The position numbers and the translations under genes were made by a program. From Vicugna vicugna (Eukaryota), in the NCBI GenBank assembly GCA_013265495.1, contig MU058463.1, positions 3,267,037-3,331,036 on the forward strand: a stretch of 64,000 nucleotides of DNA, given 5' to 3'. Under the pieces are notes generated by a model, which worked only from the letters and a program-made list of their open reading frames with translations, was not told the DNA's origin and did not search any database. Within the stretch, counting starts at the first letter, position 1. Each line of letters begins with the position of its first letter. Shown piece after piece: positions 62,790-64,000 of the stretch.

Positions 62790-63235
62790 TCTATCAAAAT
62801 CTATTATGCATATCCATCATGATTCTAATCTGAATAAAGCATAATCTTCCTAAAATACAAAAAGGTATTTCTAAGATGCAAACTGATTGTGTTAATTGTC
62901 TGCATAAAAATCTTCAGTGACCTTCCTCCATGCCTATAGTATTATACTAAATCTTAACATGATTTTTCCAGCTATAACAAGAATACAACCTACCTCCCGG
63001 GCCTTGCAGTCCTTTTCTTACAGTCTAGGTGTCCTAGACAACTGTTTCTTTTCCAGATTTGTTTAGGCCCATTTCATCTCTCTGCTTCGGGTCAAATTCT
63101 TCTTTCTGATTTATAGCTTCCTTTCCCATTGCTATACTTCCCACTATCAACATCCTTACTCACCGTCAGTGTCTTTCAAAATCTACCAGGTTCAGTTTAA
63201 GTATCATCTCTTTCAAAACGCTTGCTCCCAGAGGC
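62790..63235 (+). mobile_element. L2 fragment, continuing at 63788-63880 after the LTR
   Basis: atcttcctaaaatacaaaa, aaaatcttcagtgaccttcctccatgcctatag, ggttcagtttaagtatcatctc. Confidence 0.7.
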
Positions 63236-63787
63236 TGTCGCAACCAGAAGTAATGGAGTCCAAGTTTGTACTTCTTGCATCATGACAGGCTGATAAACTG
63301 AGAGATAAATTGTTTGGACAAAGAATAGCAACTTTATCTGGAAAGCCAGCAGACCAAGAAGATGGTGGACTAGTGTCCCAGAGAACCATCTTGTCTGGGT
63401 TTGGATGCTAGTGTTTGTTTTCTTTTGTTTTGTTTTTAATAGAACAAAGAGGGGTAGGTGAAGAGGTAAAATAAAAAAGGCAGTAAGTTGTTGCAAATAT
63501 TTCTTGGTTCCAGCCAGACTCCAGAGGGGATGTGCTAATTAATTTTTTCCTGTAGACATTCACAGGTGGGCCTGATCAGGATGTTTCCTGAGAGCTAACC
63601 AAAGGTATTTTAACTTAATGCTAAAATAGAACCATGGGAGGCAGAGTTCCCCAAGATGTACCATAATGTAGACTTTAAGCTGTAGGCAACATCCATTTAG
63701 TGATTAAGTTGTAGCAAAAGCAATAGAGTACAAAGATTAAAGTAAAAGAAACAGATCCAATATGGAATCAGATTTCTCATCCTTATA
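63236..63787 (-). mobile_element. ERV1-class solo LTR inserted in L2
   Basis: tgtcgcaaccagaagtaatggagtccaag, ctggaaagccagcagaccaagaagatggtggactagtgtcccagagaaccatcttg, aaagaaacagatccaatatggaatcagatttc; TSD not clearly preserved. Confidence 0.8.
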
Positions 63788-64000
63788 TGGTAGTATCTTC
63801 ATCCTTCAGGTTGCCATAGCAGTTGGCTCCTACATCTCTGACATTATTTATCACTCTGCACAACTTTGTAATTATGTGTGTAATATCAGGCAGCCTTCAC
63901 ACAGCCTCTCATCTCATAGGGCATGTTGTCCACAGTAGGCCCTAACTGAGCTTGTCTTGAATCTGATCGGGACTACCATTAAGAACTAAAGCTCTTAGAC

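Noticed and set aside
1-64000. Inferring a host gene direction from TE orientation bias
   Set aside because: L1 and LTR fragments occur in both orientations without a clear bias.
1-64000. CRISPR arrays, rRNA, snRNA, numt or non-retroviral viral inserts
   Set aside because: No spacer-repeat arrays or recognisable structural RNA, mitochondrial or viral sequence seen; the DNA is mammalian.

Overview
Mammalian genomic DNA, AT-rich by eye, with three N gaps of about 170-200 nt. It is almost certainly camelid (alpaca/llama/camel), because it carries three copies of the tRNA-derived camelid SINE (Vic-1 type). The window is dominated by transposon relics: old L1M/HAL1-like LINEs, L2, MIR, MLT1 and MER21 LTRs, a MER58A DNA transposon, two ERV1-type solo LTRs, one betaretrovirus (ERVK)-like LTR, and a short young L1 3' end. 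I could not recognise any protein-coding gene, tRNA, rRNA or snRNA. The ORFs in the track are short, often lie inside repeats or span gaps, and resemble no protein I know. The window reads as intergenic or deep-intronic. The non-repeat parts contain CpG-enriched patches (about 18.4-19.5 kb and 26.9-27.5 kb), co-oriented CTCF-like motifs and several transcription-factor motif clusters. The most distinctive structure is an ERVK-like LTR at 55238-55785 whose 3' end looks like 5'LTR + primer-binding-site stub + last 9 nt of a 3'LTR, i.e. a possible non-canonical proviral deletion. Repeat family names are from recalled consensus sequences, not a database search, and boundaries of old elements are approximate.
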